Assembly: GCF_009914755.1 (NCBI RefSeq)
Contig: NC_060926.1
Strand: one strand, 5' to 3'
Origin: the human T2T-CHM13v2.0 reference genome, Homo sapiens
Length of the DNA stretch: 64,000 nucleotides
This document shows, one piece after another, positions 13,875 to 28,342 of the stretch (within the stretch, counting starts at the first letter, position 1; every line of letters begins with the position of its first letter). Under the pieces are notes generated by a model. The model did not search any database and was not told where the DNA came from. It saw only the letters and a list, made by a program, of their open reading frames with translations. Made by a program: the position numbers and the translations under genes.

Positions 13875-14770
13875 AATACCTCATGCCAGCTAACACACTG
13901 CCTCAAAGTAGTGCAAGAAAAGAAACCAATATCTGCTATGTCTAAAGAAAATCTACTTACCATCTCAATTCCCTTCCCTGTCTCTTTTCTAAAAAGGAAA
14001 ATAAATCGCTCTGGTCCTGGTCAAGATGCAGTCAGTCCACTACAGGCTCTCTCCCACCAACTACAACAAAAAACTCTGACAGCGTACAGAAAGCTAGCAC
14101 CTGAGGACTCCAAAATGTGGGCAACAGCAGGCAGATTGGAACGGGAAGTTGGAACTTGACAGGTGACCAGTAGGCATGAAGTTATTGGATTCTCTCTTGT
14201 TATCTCTCAGCTTTGTCCTGAAGGCAGCCAGAGCCTCAGCACTACTCAGCAAGCAGTTACAGAAATAACTTCAAGAGAATCCCTCTCTTTTTGCCCAGAG
14301 GACTGAAAAAGAGGATCAGAGGGAGCTAGCTGGGACACCAAGGTCCTTTCTCTGTCTCCTTTCCTGGCCCTGCTCTGAGGCCACCCCATCCTGAAATTAT
14401 GGCAGTGGCAGGGGTGTTGTCACTAAAATACCAGAAAAACATCATCCCTCTGGCTGGGGGAACTGAGAAAATGGGCCTCTGTGTTCCAAAAATATTGGGG
14501 GAACCCACTAATTTTTTTGTCTTTTTTCTCTTGCCACTTTGCCCTGAAAACCACTCTACTCAGGTGAAACTGCAATACAGTTTCTCACATGGCTGAGAAA
14601 CCAGAGCTTTCCAGCCAAGGATTGTGCCCCTGTGATCCAGACAGTATGGGGGAATTCCCAGGGGCAGACAGTTAAGTAGTCCCCCATTATTAGGGGGCTA
14701 ATGTGTGTGAGCTGCCATGAACCCTAGGCTTACCTCTAAGCTGTGCATGCACGGAACATAGAGAGGCAGA

Positions 14771-15128
14771 GTGGATTAGTCAGCTCGGGCGACCATGACA
14801 AAATACCATAGACTGAGTGATTTAAACAACAGAAGCTTATTTTCTCACAGTCCTGGAGACTGGAAGTATGAGATCAGGGTGCCAGCAGGGTCTAGTTCTG
14901 GGAAGGACCCTCTTTCTGGCTTACAGATGACCACATTCTCACTGTGTCCTCAATCAGAGAGAGCTCCCTGGTCTCTCTTGTAAGGGCACTAATCCCATCA
15001 TGAAGACTCCACCCTCGTGACCTCATATGAACCTGATTACCTCCTTAAATAGCCCCGCCTCCGAATACCATCACACTGGGGGTAGGGCATCAACATATAA
15101 ATTTGAAGGACACAATTCAATTATGGCA
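14771..15128 (-). mobile_element. MLT1A-like MaLR LTR
   Basis: ccatgacaaaataccatagactgagtgatttaaacaacagaa...ttctcacagtcctggagactggaag...taagggcactaatcccatcatg...caacatataaatttg is characteristic of MLT1A/B in reverse orientation. Confidence 0.85.
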
Positions 15129-15232
15129 CATAGAACAAAGGCTTTTAAAACTGAACTGGTGCTAAAATCACTTCCCACAGAAGGTGAGACAGGATTGTGG
15201 CCTGAACTTAACATTCTCTGGAAAATTTAAAC

Positions 15233-15447
15233 ACAGGTTTCTCAATGTATGCACTGTTGACATTTTGGACAGGATAACTTCTTGTTGGAAGAGACTGTCC
15301 TGTGCATTACTGGATGCTTAGCAGCACCTTGCCTCCATCCACTAAACACCAGGAAGTAGTACCCCACAGTTGGAATAGTCAAAATTGTCTCCAGACATTC
15401 CCAAGTGTTCTCTATGGGGCAAAATCATCCCTGGCTGAAAACCATTG
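15233..15447. mobile_element. MER20 (hAT-Charlie non-autonomous DNA transposon)
   Basis: Degenerate TIRs (caggtttctcaa ... ctgaaaaccattg), internal gcactgttgacattttggacaggataa, and an 8-bp hAT-type TSD atttaaac (15225-15232 and 15448-15455). Confidence 0.85.
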
Positions 15448-17234
15448 ATTTAAACAAACTCAGCATCTCACAACATCATAGCCACTATGCCCAAGATATA
15501 ATCCAAAATCACTCAACATACTAAGAGCTAGGAAAATCTGCCCAATTGTCAAGGTCTGATTAACTCAAACACCCAGGACACATGCAACTTTGAGATGGCT
15601 CAGGTGTTTGAATTATCAGACAAAGACTTTCAAGCAGCTAGTATAACTATGCTCCATGAGTAAAGGCGAACACTCTTGAAACAAAGAGAAAGACAGGTAT
15701 TGCAGCAAAGAAATAGAAACCATAGAAGAAAAATAAAAACTTTAGAACTGAAAAAATAAAACAGAAGCAAAAAAAAAAAAATCACGAAGATGCTTCAACT
15801 GTACAATTAAGATAACAGGGTGGGAGGAGCCAAGAACTTGAAGGTAGAAAGTATAAATTATCCTATCTGAAGAACAGAGAAGGAGGAAAAGAGTGGCAGG
15901 GAGGTGGGAGGATGGGTGGAGAACATAGTCTCAGAAACTTCTGGGACAATTTCAGCCTCCCAAAAAGAAAACTCAGAATCTAGAAGGTTTTACTGGCAAA
16001 TTCTACCAAACATTTAAGGGAGGAATAAAACTAATTCTATGCAATCACTTCCAGAAAATAGGAGAGGGAAGTCTGTACAACTCATTTGATGAGGCCAGCA
16101 TTGCTCTGATGCCAAGAGCAGACAAAGATACCACAATAAAAGAGAAGAGACCAATATTCCTCATGAAGAAAGACACAAAAATCCTCCACAAAATAATAGC
16201 AACTAAAATCCTCAATATTTAAAATGAATAGCAAATCAACACTAAGGGACTTCAACCTCATGTAAGGCTGATCAGCATTTGAAAATCAATCAGTGTAATC
16301 CACCATGTTACCAGACTAAAGAAGAAAGCCTGATTATATCAATAAACACAAAAATGGCATTCAACAAAATTCAATACTGGTTAATGCTCATATAAATAGG
16401 AACAGAAGGGAATTCCTCAACCTGATATTGAGTATCTACAAAATACTAAAATTTGCCATCACACTTAGTGGTCAAAGACTGAAAAATTTATCCCCTCTGA
16501 TCAGGAACAAAACAAGGATGTCATCTCTCACCACTCCTTTTCAACACTATACGGAGGTTCTGGCCACTGCAATACAGCAGCATACAGAAATCGCATATGG
16601 AATAGAAAGGAAGAAATAAAACTGTTTCTGGTTTGCATAAAACATAAATGTCTGCCTGAAAAATTCCAAGTATTCTAGGAAAAAAGAAAGCTCCTCAAGC
16701 AAATAAATGAGTTTATCACATGTGGTATTAGTGAGAGGACAAATACATAGATCAATGGAACAAAACAGAGAGTCCAATAATCCCACACAAATATATAGTT
16801 AATTGATTTTTGACGAAGCTGCAAAGGCAATTCAAGGAATCATCTTTTCAACAAAAGATGCTGGACAATTGAAATGCATATGCAACAAAATGAGGCCTCC
16901 CTGGAGCCTTCCATAGCTCGTAAAGTTAAGTCAAATGGATCACAGGTCTAAATGTAAAAGGCAAAACTGTAAAGATCTTCAGTGAAAAACAGGGGAAAAC
17001 TATTTAGACTTTGTGTGAGGTAATTAGGTTTTAGATATGGCACCAAAAGCATGATCCGTTCAAAAAATTAATAAATTAGACTTCAGCAAAATTCAAAACT
17101 TTTGTTAAGAAAAATTTTAAAACTATAGACTAAAAGCAAATATTTACAAGTTACATATCTGATGAAGAACTTATATCTAGAATATATGAAGCACTGTCAA
17201 ACTCAACAGTTAGAAAACATGCAATCCAGTTTTT

Positions 17235-17620
17235 TAATTTCCATTTTTGTTTTAGATTCAGGGGGTGCATGTGCAGGTTTGCCCAACTGAGGCTTCCGCT
17301 TCCATTGATCCCATCCCCCAGACAGTAAACATAGTTTCCACTAGGAAGTTGTTCAGCCCTTGGTCCCCTCCCTCCCTCCTTTTAGAGTTCCCAGTATCTA
17401 CTGTTCCCCTCCTTACGCCCACGTGTACCCAAGATTTAGCTCCCACTTATAAGTAAGGATATGCAGTATTTGGCTTTCCGATTCTGTGTTAATTCACCTG
17501 GATAATGGCCTCCAGCTGCGTCCATGCTGCTGCAGAGGCCATGATTTCATTCTTCTTTATGGCTGTGTAGTATTCTATGGTGATTATGTACCACAGTTTC
17601 TTTATCCAATCAACCACCAC
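17235..17620 (-). mobile_element. L1PA/L1PB-like 3' end fragment (antisense) nested in the L1M
   Basis: tttagctcccacttataagt...tatttggctttc...ggataatggcctccagctgcgtccatg...ttatggctgtgtagtattc matches the antisense primate L1 3' end. Confidence 0.8.
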
Positions 17621-17828
17621 CCAATTTTTTTTAAAGGACAAAAATTTGAATAGATAATTCGCCAGAGATGTATGGATAGAAAATATATACATGAAAAGAG
17701 ACTCAACATGGAGTCATTAGAGAAATGCAAACTAAAACCACAATTAAATGCCTCTACATACCAACCAGCAAGGCTAACATTAAAATGACAGATCACATCA
17801 CCACTGGCAAGGGTGTGGGCATCCATAA

Positions 17829-18192
<364 letters not shown>

Positions 18193-18770
18193 GAAACTGG
18201 CAGTTTCTTATCAAGTTAAACAAACACTTACCACATGACTAGGTCTCTCCCGAGCAGGCAAGAGTAAAGCAAACTATGACCACACACAAATCTGCATGAA
18301 ATGTTTATAGCAGCCTTATTCATCCTCATCCTCATACGCATCCAAATACCCAGCCCCGGAGAACGGATCACCTGTGGTACGTCCATGCGATGGGGCACTC
18401 ATCAGCGATAAAGAGGAAGGAACTGTGGACGCCTGCATCAGCGTGGAGGGATCTCAGATGCACTGTGTTTAGTAAAACATGTTTACTTTTGACCCCATTT
18501 ACATGTTTGATCATATATTATTTATATGTATGATTCCATTTATATGACCTTCTGGAAAAGGCAAATGCAGAGATAAAGACCAGCTCACAGGTTGTCGGTG
18601 GCTAAGGGGGAGGGAGGGGAGACTCAGCTGCAAGGAATAGCTCAGGGGAGATGGCCAGGGTGGATTCTTCGTCTCGATTGTGGTGGAGGCTGCTCCAGTA
18701 TGCATTTGTCAAAAACTCATAGATTGTACACTAAAAAGAGTGGATGCACATTTTAAAACTCAATATCTTT

Positions 18771-19059
<289 letters not shown>

Positions 19060-19735
19060 CCTGGATATCTTTAAAAAAATAAATAAATGTGAAGACGTCT
19101 GCATGCAGCCAGCAGTATGGTGGCTTAAATAGTCTAGGGAGTGGAACCCCGTGTGCTCAAGTGGCTGCAGCACAGCTCATTGATGGCCCAAATTTCAAGA
19201 CGAGGCAAGGCAGGGAACAGGGAGGGTCTGTGAGTGGGTGGAGCAGTCAGAGAAAGGCCCTGAGGGAGAAAGCCCAGGTTGTCAGTATGGCCAGAAGGAC
19301 TGTGAGGAAATGAGTTTGGTGGTTTGGGGAGTGGCCACCTCGATGTGTGGGTGAGCCTGGCTCCAGGCTGGAACATGGGGCTGCTGGTGTGGGGCTGAGG
19401 GGCTACACGTCTTCTTTGACAGGGTCTCTGCACCTGCTCAAATGCAAGCGTTCTTTCTCTACCCCGACTTGGGTTTGTGGCTAGGGACGGGCTGCACAGG
19501 ACCTGCACGGTCTGCCTTTTCACAACTGGACAGGATTTTTGAAAAGTTTTTGTGGTGGCTGCAATCTAAGAACAGGACAAGAAGTCTTAAAAATATATTA
19601 TCCACTGTACATGTAGCTAATATCATTGGCTTTTTCTATCTGTGCTGTCAAAGATGGAACCGGACCAAGTGCCTGTCCCCAGATCTGATTTCCGTACTCA
19701 CCCCTTCAGTAATCCCACCATCGCGTTGGGACTTA

Positions 19736-20109
<374 letters not shown>

Positions 20110-22689
20110 AACCAGTCATTTAAACAGCGTGTTCATCTCTTTTAGAAAAACCAGGGCTGAATGTAGGGTCTACTGTGTCGCTCTAAGTCATTACAGAACT
20201 TCATTTTGAGAACTGCATTTTAGTTCCAAGAATAAGTTCATTTTTGCAAAAGAATCGGTTTTGCTTTTGTGTTTTTATGTTTCCCTATGTTTTAATCTAA
20301 TTAAAGACTAAATTTCTTCTCGGAAAGGTAAAAAGCATATATCATTATTCCTCTAAACAAGTGAAGTGGGTCCCTACACAAAAAACGCAGACTCACCAGA
20401 TAAGAGTAAAAGAAGAGAAAGCTTTAGTGCAACTCCCAGCCACCCTTGGACCCAGACAGGGTCCCTCGCAGGGACTTGTGCCTTTCCAGGTGGATATGCA
20501 GGGCTGAACTGCAGGAGGTGGGCTCTCAGCCCTCTGCCACGGCGGCTCAGGGGAGGCCTGCCACTTCTACCGGGGGAATTTAGCCAGGAAAAAGGCACCC
20601 CTGCCTGAACCAGAGCACTCACCAGGGCCTCAGAATGCCCCCTGGAGAGCCCCACGGGCCAGTCTTCTGCAGCTAACAGGCTGTGGTCAGGCAGGCAGGG
20701 ATCAGCCCCGCCAGCACAAGCCGCCCACTGAACCTGCTAAATCAATGGCTAGAGCCCCAGACAGGGCTCTGGTGACCAAATCCAAGCTTCTGTGAAGCCA
20801 TGAGCTGCATCATCCTGCCTCAGGGTGGATGGGCGTTGACTAATTTATGGAACATTGGAACATTCCAGAGAGGAAGCGGAGCTGTGTTACAGTCACCCTG
20901 GGGGAGGGGAGGGCACAGTGACAGGCGCAAGGGAAAGTGCCTCAGCGCAGCATCTGCAGACTACGATTTAGCACCAGAAGACGCTCGCGCCGGGAACCCC
21001 AAATTCCTCATGCCCGTTCGTGGATTCTCTTTTCTGCCCTTATTCCCAACAGCAGCATTGTGTGCTGTGACTGATTTAAGAGCCACCTCAAATGCCTGTA
21101 TGTGGGACAGGAATAAGAGAAAGAGAAGGGGAAGAGACAGAGAAAAGGAGAAAAGGAATGGCCTTAGCCCTATCCACAAGCTCAGAATAACTAACGATTT
21201 ACTTGGAGGAAAGATCAGCATTTTCTCTAAGATTTCCATAGATTTGAAGGCAGCTGTGGGAGCATGGAATATGCAACCCCTTTATTAGAACCTCAAACTC
21301 ATTTGAGGCTCATCACCTCTGAGTCATCCCACAACAAGCTTTCTAGAGGCTACATTGTTGTCATTTTGTGAACAAAACCATGACTGGCCTCTGGGGGTAG
21401 GAAGGGCCAGACAGAATGACCTCAGATGAAAAGGAAAAGAATATGGGCCTCATCAATGCGTCCTGTGGTTCAGCCCACCTCTTACTACGCACAGGTCTCA
21501 CTTTAGAGAATGTTCACGTTATTTCGTAAAAGGCGAATCTCCTGACTTTATCACCCTTACTCTGTCAAAAGACCAAGAACGACGTGAACTCTCAGCACCT
21601 TGGGGCACCGTGCTGATGACACGCGCGCTGAAATGGAAGTTCAGACATCACACATTTCAAGGAAAAGTAGACGCCAAGCCCCCTCGGCCAGGGCTGGCGG
21701 CAGGAGCGATGGAGTAAGTGCCTCCACTTAATAGAGCCTTGATCCTATGCAGTGCCGATCCCAACGTCCTCCAAGCACAATAGCTTAATTTATTGTTGTT
21801 GGCAGCTTAAGTGGACTGCAGCTTAATTTGTGGCACCAGGTCAGCTGAACTTCACTCTGTAATCTCCAGAGTTCCCTCCACATATTTAGGCTCCATCGCT
21901 GGGCTTGTTCCAAAGCAGCAAATTAGAATTCTCTTTCTTTTATAACAAGAAAAAATTAGTTTATACACAGAAGGAAAGAGAAATAAATTACAATCCTCTG
22001 TCTTCCTTACAGAAAGAGAAAGGAAGATATATTGATTTATATATGAAAATACCTTCTATTACGGGAGGAATTGGTTTGTGATTGTAATTTTAAGCGGGAG
22101 TGTAGCCCTTTGGGGTTGGTGATGTCTGGGGAAGGGCTGGGCTGATTGGGCTGTAGAGGGTCACCTCGCCTGCTTGCAGGAGCTTCCGAGTCCTCTAGGC
22201 CGGAAGGCAGGTGCATGCTAGTTTACCCCCACATCCAATTGCACCTAATTTACTTGCTTCTCTGGAGTTCTTGGCCATCACTCCCAACACCAGGTATCAG
22301 TGTTCTGCAGATGGGAGGGTGTGCTGGGATGAAATTCTAACTCACGAAGATTTCACTCTGTCACATTTTAATGATCACAAGAGTAGCTGAGGTGTGTCTT
22401 CTCAGGAGATCAGGTCCAAGGGCCTTTTTTAGGGTTCTTCCCTGACAGCTGTTTCTCCTTTTCACAAACCCACCCTTTGTGTCATCTCCCACTCCCTCCC
22501 CAGGATGAAAGCTGCATCTCCTCTCCGGTTCTACAGCCACTCCATCTAGCCTAAACCGCTTTACCTGAAATTATTATAACAGCTTCCAAGCTAGTCTGTC
22601 CTTTCCAGGCACAGTTATAGGTGTTGAGGTCTGTTCCACAATTTCATATCCGTGTGCATGGAGCGCACAGTGTGCATGCAGGGGAACCG

Positions 22690-23255
22690 CTGCCCTGAAG
22701 TGCACACACGCGGGGACCCCCTGCCACGGCGCACACACGCAGGGACCCCCTGCCACGGCGCACACACATGGGGACCCTCTGCCACGGCGCACACACGGGG
22801 ACCCCCTGCCATGGCACACACACACGGGGACTCTGCCATGGCGCACACACACGGGGACCCTCTGCCATGGCGCACACTCATGGGGACCCTCTGCCACGGC
22901 GCACACATGGGGACCCTCTGCCATGGCACACACACACAGGGACCCCCTGCCACGGTGCACACACGGGGACCTCCTGCCACGGCACACACACGGGGACCCC
23001 CTGCCACAGCGCACACACGCAGGGACCCCCTGCCACGGGGCACGCACATGGGGACCCCCTGCCACGATGCACACACGCAGGAAGCCCCTGCCACGGTGCA
23101 CACACGCAGGGACCCTCTGCCACAGCGCACACACATGGGGATCGCCTGCCACGGTGCACACACGGGAACCCCTGCCACAGCGCACACACATGGGGATCGC
23201 CTGCCACGGCGCACACATGGGAACCCCTGCCACAGTGCACACACACGGGAGCCCC
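22690..23255 (+). repeat. GC-rich minisatellite, ~28-32-bp unit GGGGACCCCCTGCCACGGCGCACACAC, ~18 copies
   Basis: Directly visible tandem units with a variable (CA)n stretch. Confidence 0.95.
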
Positions 23256-23349
23256 TCACCATCCTTCTTGCCACCTAGCTCCACCTCAGCTTGTCTGCCT
23301 GGCGTGGGGGACCATCACTCATCACTGCCTGACTCGCATCCCATTCCTG

Positions 23350-23514
23350 TGTGAGTGCACCACGGCAGGCGGCTCTTCTGTGTATGGGCTGTGGCAGGGG
23401 GTCCCCGTGTGTGTCCACTGTGGCAGGGGATCCTCGTGCATGTCCACTGTGGCAGGGGGTCCCCATGTGTGTCCACCGTGGCAGGGGATCCTCGTGTGTG
23501 TGCACCACGGCGCC
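23350..23514 (-). repeat. Inverted copy (~4-5 units) of the 22690-23255 minisatellite
   Basis: gtgtgtccaccgtggcagggggtcccc is the reverse complement of the upstream unit. Confidence 0.9.
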
Positions 23515-24649
23515 ATCCCTCTGGCTGCATCTCATGAGCCCCCTTGGCTGAACCCCTATTTCTCATCCCAGCACAGGCCTCACTCACCTCTAGCTCCACG
23601 TTTCCCAGATCTTCAAAGCCATCATGTGCCTCTTTGCCAAACGTGGTCTTTCTCTTCTTCTAAAACCTGATATTTACCTGCTTGGATTCTACTGAAGGTT
23701 AAATTGTGTGTTCACCAGAGCGTCCCTCATCTAGGTGTGAGCTCACTAGGACAGGGACAATGCCACATTCTAACCCAGCGCTGGGCACAGGCCAGGCCCC
23801 ACACGGTGTCCACCCTTGCGGTGCATCTGCAGGTGTGTGAGCACATTGTGATGCCTGGGTGACTTGTCCCTTTGTCCCTGTATTTGGTTTCCCCAGCCAA
23901 GCAGAAAGCACACAAGCTCCTCCTGCTCTCTGAGGCCCCGACACATGTGCCCCACGGAGCGGGCAGTCTACATGCTGATTTCCTGGCTGGTATCACCAGT
24001 GCTGCTATATACCGCAGGCCCAAGATACATGTTTGTTGATGTGAATGAGTGACTGCACTAACTCATCAACACCTCTAGGTGACTAGGAAGAAAAAGGCTG
24101 AGATGAGAGTGACGAAGGCTGAGACAGGAGGAGGCTTGGGCCTCACTGGGCGGATGTGAGAGGTATTCCACCAGCACAGCTTGAAGGGAAGGGCAGTGCC
24201 ATCTGCACATGCACACACTGGCCTGAAGCAGTCATTATGTGCACAAAGATACATCAGTGTGTGCAGCTACAAAGTGCAGGTCACAGCTCGCCCGCACAGG
24301 AGCAAGAGTCCTCGTCGTTTTTAATCTGGAAATGCACTCTGCTTCTGTGACGGGTGGGGCCGTTACACACCCAACTTCCTAAGAACCCAGAGTTGTGTTA
24401 TGACACACGATATAAAAGGCTCCTGGTGGCTGTTCTGCAAGAGTTACCGGCAGGAGAGACCAGCAGCAAGTTCTGGGTAATTACAGCCGTCATCAGGTGA
24501 GCCTGGACGTTACCCGGAATCAGCCCTCACACCTGCAAGGGGCTCCGCGCTTTCTGAAGGGCTTCTGCGCCGTGCGCTGTAGTAATGGTAATGGAAGTAG
24601 GAGTAAGAGTGATAATAACACTATCGTCGTGGTAATAACTTTAAAAGCG

Positions 24650-24870
24650 GCTGCCATTCCTTGAGGTTCTGCACTGGGCCAAGCACTAGTTCCATAAATT
24701 ATAGCATTAAGCCTGAGGACATCCTCATCAAAATGAATTAGATGCTGTTATCCCCACTTAACAAATGCAGGCACCGAAGCACAAGGAAGGTAAGTCCTTG
24801 CCACCTTGGCCCCACAGTGAGTGGCAGATGTGAAACACAAGCCCAGGCCTGTCTGACTCCAGATTCCAGT
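24650..24870 (+). mobile_element. MIR fragment
   Basis: gttatccccacttaacaaatgcaggcaccgaagcacaaggaaggtaagtccttgcc...cacagtgagtggcaga...caagcccaggcctgtctgactcc resembles the MIR core. Confidence 0.6.
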
Positions 24871-27689
24871 TCTTCGGGCCTCGCCCAACAAGCAGCGCTT
24901 GGTTCTCATGTTGACACTGGTTGGTTCCCAGAGCAAACATCATCCTCCCAGTGCCCACGAGGAAACACTCAGAGAAGCCACACAATGCAGAGGTGGAGAA
25001 TTTGACACCCTCCCAATGCTCCTGTCCCCTAATCCAGCCCTTCTCCTTTGTGTGCTCCCCTCTTGCTGTGAGCCCTGAATGGATTCGCCCTGAGAGAGGA
25101 CCCCACCAAACGACGTGTCTTAAGCATAAGGAGAAATGTCTAAGATAAGGATTTTGCAAAAAGCCAAGAGGATGTTGAAGGGAAGCAAGTGGCGTCCCAT
25201 CTTTAATGGCTGGTCTGCCGGTGACTTTAGCCACTGGCTGGGGAGACGGCCACGGGGGAATGGCTAGGATGACCTTGACTGGACGTAAGGGGGCTCAGCA
25301 GTGCCTGGAGGAGCCCAGCTGTCCGAGCTGCCAGCCAAGCCGTCCCAGGGACCTGCAGGAGCGTGCAGATTGCGTCCCTGTGTCTTCAGGAGGTGTTATA
25401 ATTGGCCGGCTCCAACCACAGCGAGCTCAGATGACTGCTTTATGGTCGTTGGAACAGATCGCATCCTGTATGGCAATACGTCACTTCTTGAACCACAACA
25501 TGCCCTTTGTCCTATTGAATTTTTAAGCACTTTAAATCCCTTCCTTTAATAAGACTACCCATGAAGCCAAAGTTTAAACAAAGGAGTTACTCACCTTAAT
25601 CTTCCCTCAGTTTATCACGTCCAACATCTTGCACATTTCAAAAGGAACACACATTAGCAGTTTCCAATAATGAAGGTGTGAAGGTCACACAGGATCTGTT
25701 CTCTCAGCAGGAGGAAGAACTTTGCTTGGCTGTCGTGAAGACAAAGTGTTCTATTTGCTACAGATGCCCCGAGAGGGTCTCTGCAGTTCCCCCTTGGGAG
25801 GGTCTGGACTGACTGTAGAGGCATGAAGGTTAGGAGACCCTTCACTCCTCTCAGGCTTGTGCGTGGCACTTAGGGCTATGATCCTAATTGTGCAGGAGAC
25901 AGGGGCCACAAGCACCAGCCCTCTGAACTTTCCCGACGCTGCCAGGCCATTGCCTCTGCCTCAGATGGGGCCCAAGGCAGCTTGAAAGAGGAGCACAACC
26001 CCTGCCCCATGTCCAGCTGCCTCTCAAGGGGGAATATGGGGTCCCTGGACTCGGATTCTGCACCTGCATTGTGGACAGCCCTTTCCTGACGTCCCACCTC
26101 CACTGTTTCACATGAATGGACTAAGCTGTAGGCCCTTCCAAGCAGGAGAGCGTGTTTTACTTGCTTTCTATCCTGAGTACTTAGCAGAGCATCTGAAGCC
26201 CAGTACATGTTTGCTGAATGAATGGCCTCAAATACTACTTTACCACGACCCCATTGGACAGATCATATACCACTCTGCTCTAAACACTGGGACAGATCAA
26301 GCTTTAAAAATAAGTCTAATGGTTGCCATTTTGTTTGATAGTCTCCTCTTAACACTTTTACATTATTTTGCATAAGATGCAGACCATTTATGGAATTTGA
26401 TTTTTTATTTACTTATTAGCAACATCTAAGCGAAGGTTATGGCCCAGGCCCCATGCTAGACACAAAGAATTCAAAGATAAGCATGAACTACATTGCCCTC
26501 TCTCCATGTTTTGGTCTCTGACTGCTGAATATCAGCCCAGAAATCAGATAGTTGCTTTAAATTAAATATATTAAAAATGAAGTAGAAATCCAAATCCACA
26601 ATGAACCCAGGCACAACGACACGCACAGTCCTGCAAACATCGTGCTAAATGTCAACACACAAGAGGCAGCTGAGCCCTGCCTTTCAGCTCCGGCCTCGAA
26701 TCCCGGCTCTGAGCTCATTTGCTCTGCAACCCCAGCACTGCAGGTGCCTCCCGGGGCCTCTGATCTCTGGTGGGATGTGATAGGGCCGAGCACACAGCTG
26801 TAACCACGATGGCCCATGAGTCCTGGTTACAGAGGGTCGTTCCCAGGAGGAACTTTGTGGGGGCAGTGGGCAGCACAGGTGGGCTCCACACAGGGAAGGT
26901 GCCCAGGGTGTGCACCAGGAAGTCAGGAGCGAACCAGGTCCTGCTGTGTGGCTGCAGACTCCAAGAGCTGTCAGTTCTCGGGCATACGGGCGCCCCCGCA
27001 TCACGTGGCCAGCTCGGGTCTGCAGCGCTGTCTGCACACTGCCCGGCTGTTCATCCCAGTGCACTGATCTACACGGTCCCTGCTCTGCAGCTGCATGCTG
27101 GAGGCAGGTGGGGAAGCAGGGTGCCTCACCCACCGGGGCTCTATCCACAGGGGAGTCCAGGCTGGTCTGTTCCCTCTGCAGTACCTGGGGCTCCCTCCTT
27201 CCCCACATCACCACATTCTCCTCGTGGGTGTCTGGAGGTCACCTTGCAGGTCCACAGAGGGCGGCTAGATTGCCTGCTCTCACAGGCAGCTGACCAGTAC
27301 CACAATCACACCCGGCCAGGAGGTCACTCTGTCACCCTGCCTGGCGAGGCCGAGACAAGCTGCAGAGGCCATAGAACACCAGCTTTCCAGGGAGGCTGCA
27401 GGGTGTTGCTCAGAATGATGCACAGACAGCTGATGGCTGTGGCAGGGCTCATCCTCACTCCAAGGGCATCTGCTACATGCCTTTGAGGAGGACACTGAGG
27501 CAGACACTTTCGTGCAATTCATCTGCCCGCCCGGCAGGCTGAGTCCACTTTCTGTCATGCTTAGAAGGATTCAGAGCAGAACACCGCCCAGGGAAGACCT
27601 GAGGTGTGATGCTCCGGTCAGCTGGGGAGGCACGAACACACAAGGGCTTTTGGAAATGGAGGGAAGGGACCAGCGCCTGAATACTGGTC

Positions 27690-27895
27690 ACACACCAGGC
27701 ACCTTATGTGCATCTTGCCATGGAACCTGCACCTTCAGGAGGAGCCCATTAATACCATCTGTTTACAGATGAGGACGCTGCTGCCCAGAAGAAGAAGGGT
27801 CATTGCCCCAGGTAGTGAAGTAGCCCAACCATGATTCCAACTCAGGACCTCTGGCTGCAAAACCCATGTGACCTCATTCCACTAAATGATGCCAC
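27690..27895 (+). mobile_element. MIR fragment
   Basis: tttacagatgaggacgctg...ttgccccagg...attccaactcagg...ggctgcaaaaccc resembles MIR. Confidence 0.55.
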
Positions 27896-27923
27896 AAACA
27901 AAGCCAAACAAAATTAAAGCGGG

Positions 27924-28342
<419 letters not shown>

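Noticed and set aside
22574-23670. Cys/His-rich 200-300 aa ORFs resembling keratin-associated or metallothionein proteins
   Set aside because: Translations of the minisatellite in several frames on both strands.
25587-25597. Isolated strong minus-strand donor AAG|GTGAGTAA (similar at ~20390 and ~22560)
   Set aside because: No convincing paired acceptor or ORF, so an exon cannot be supported from sequence alone.
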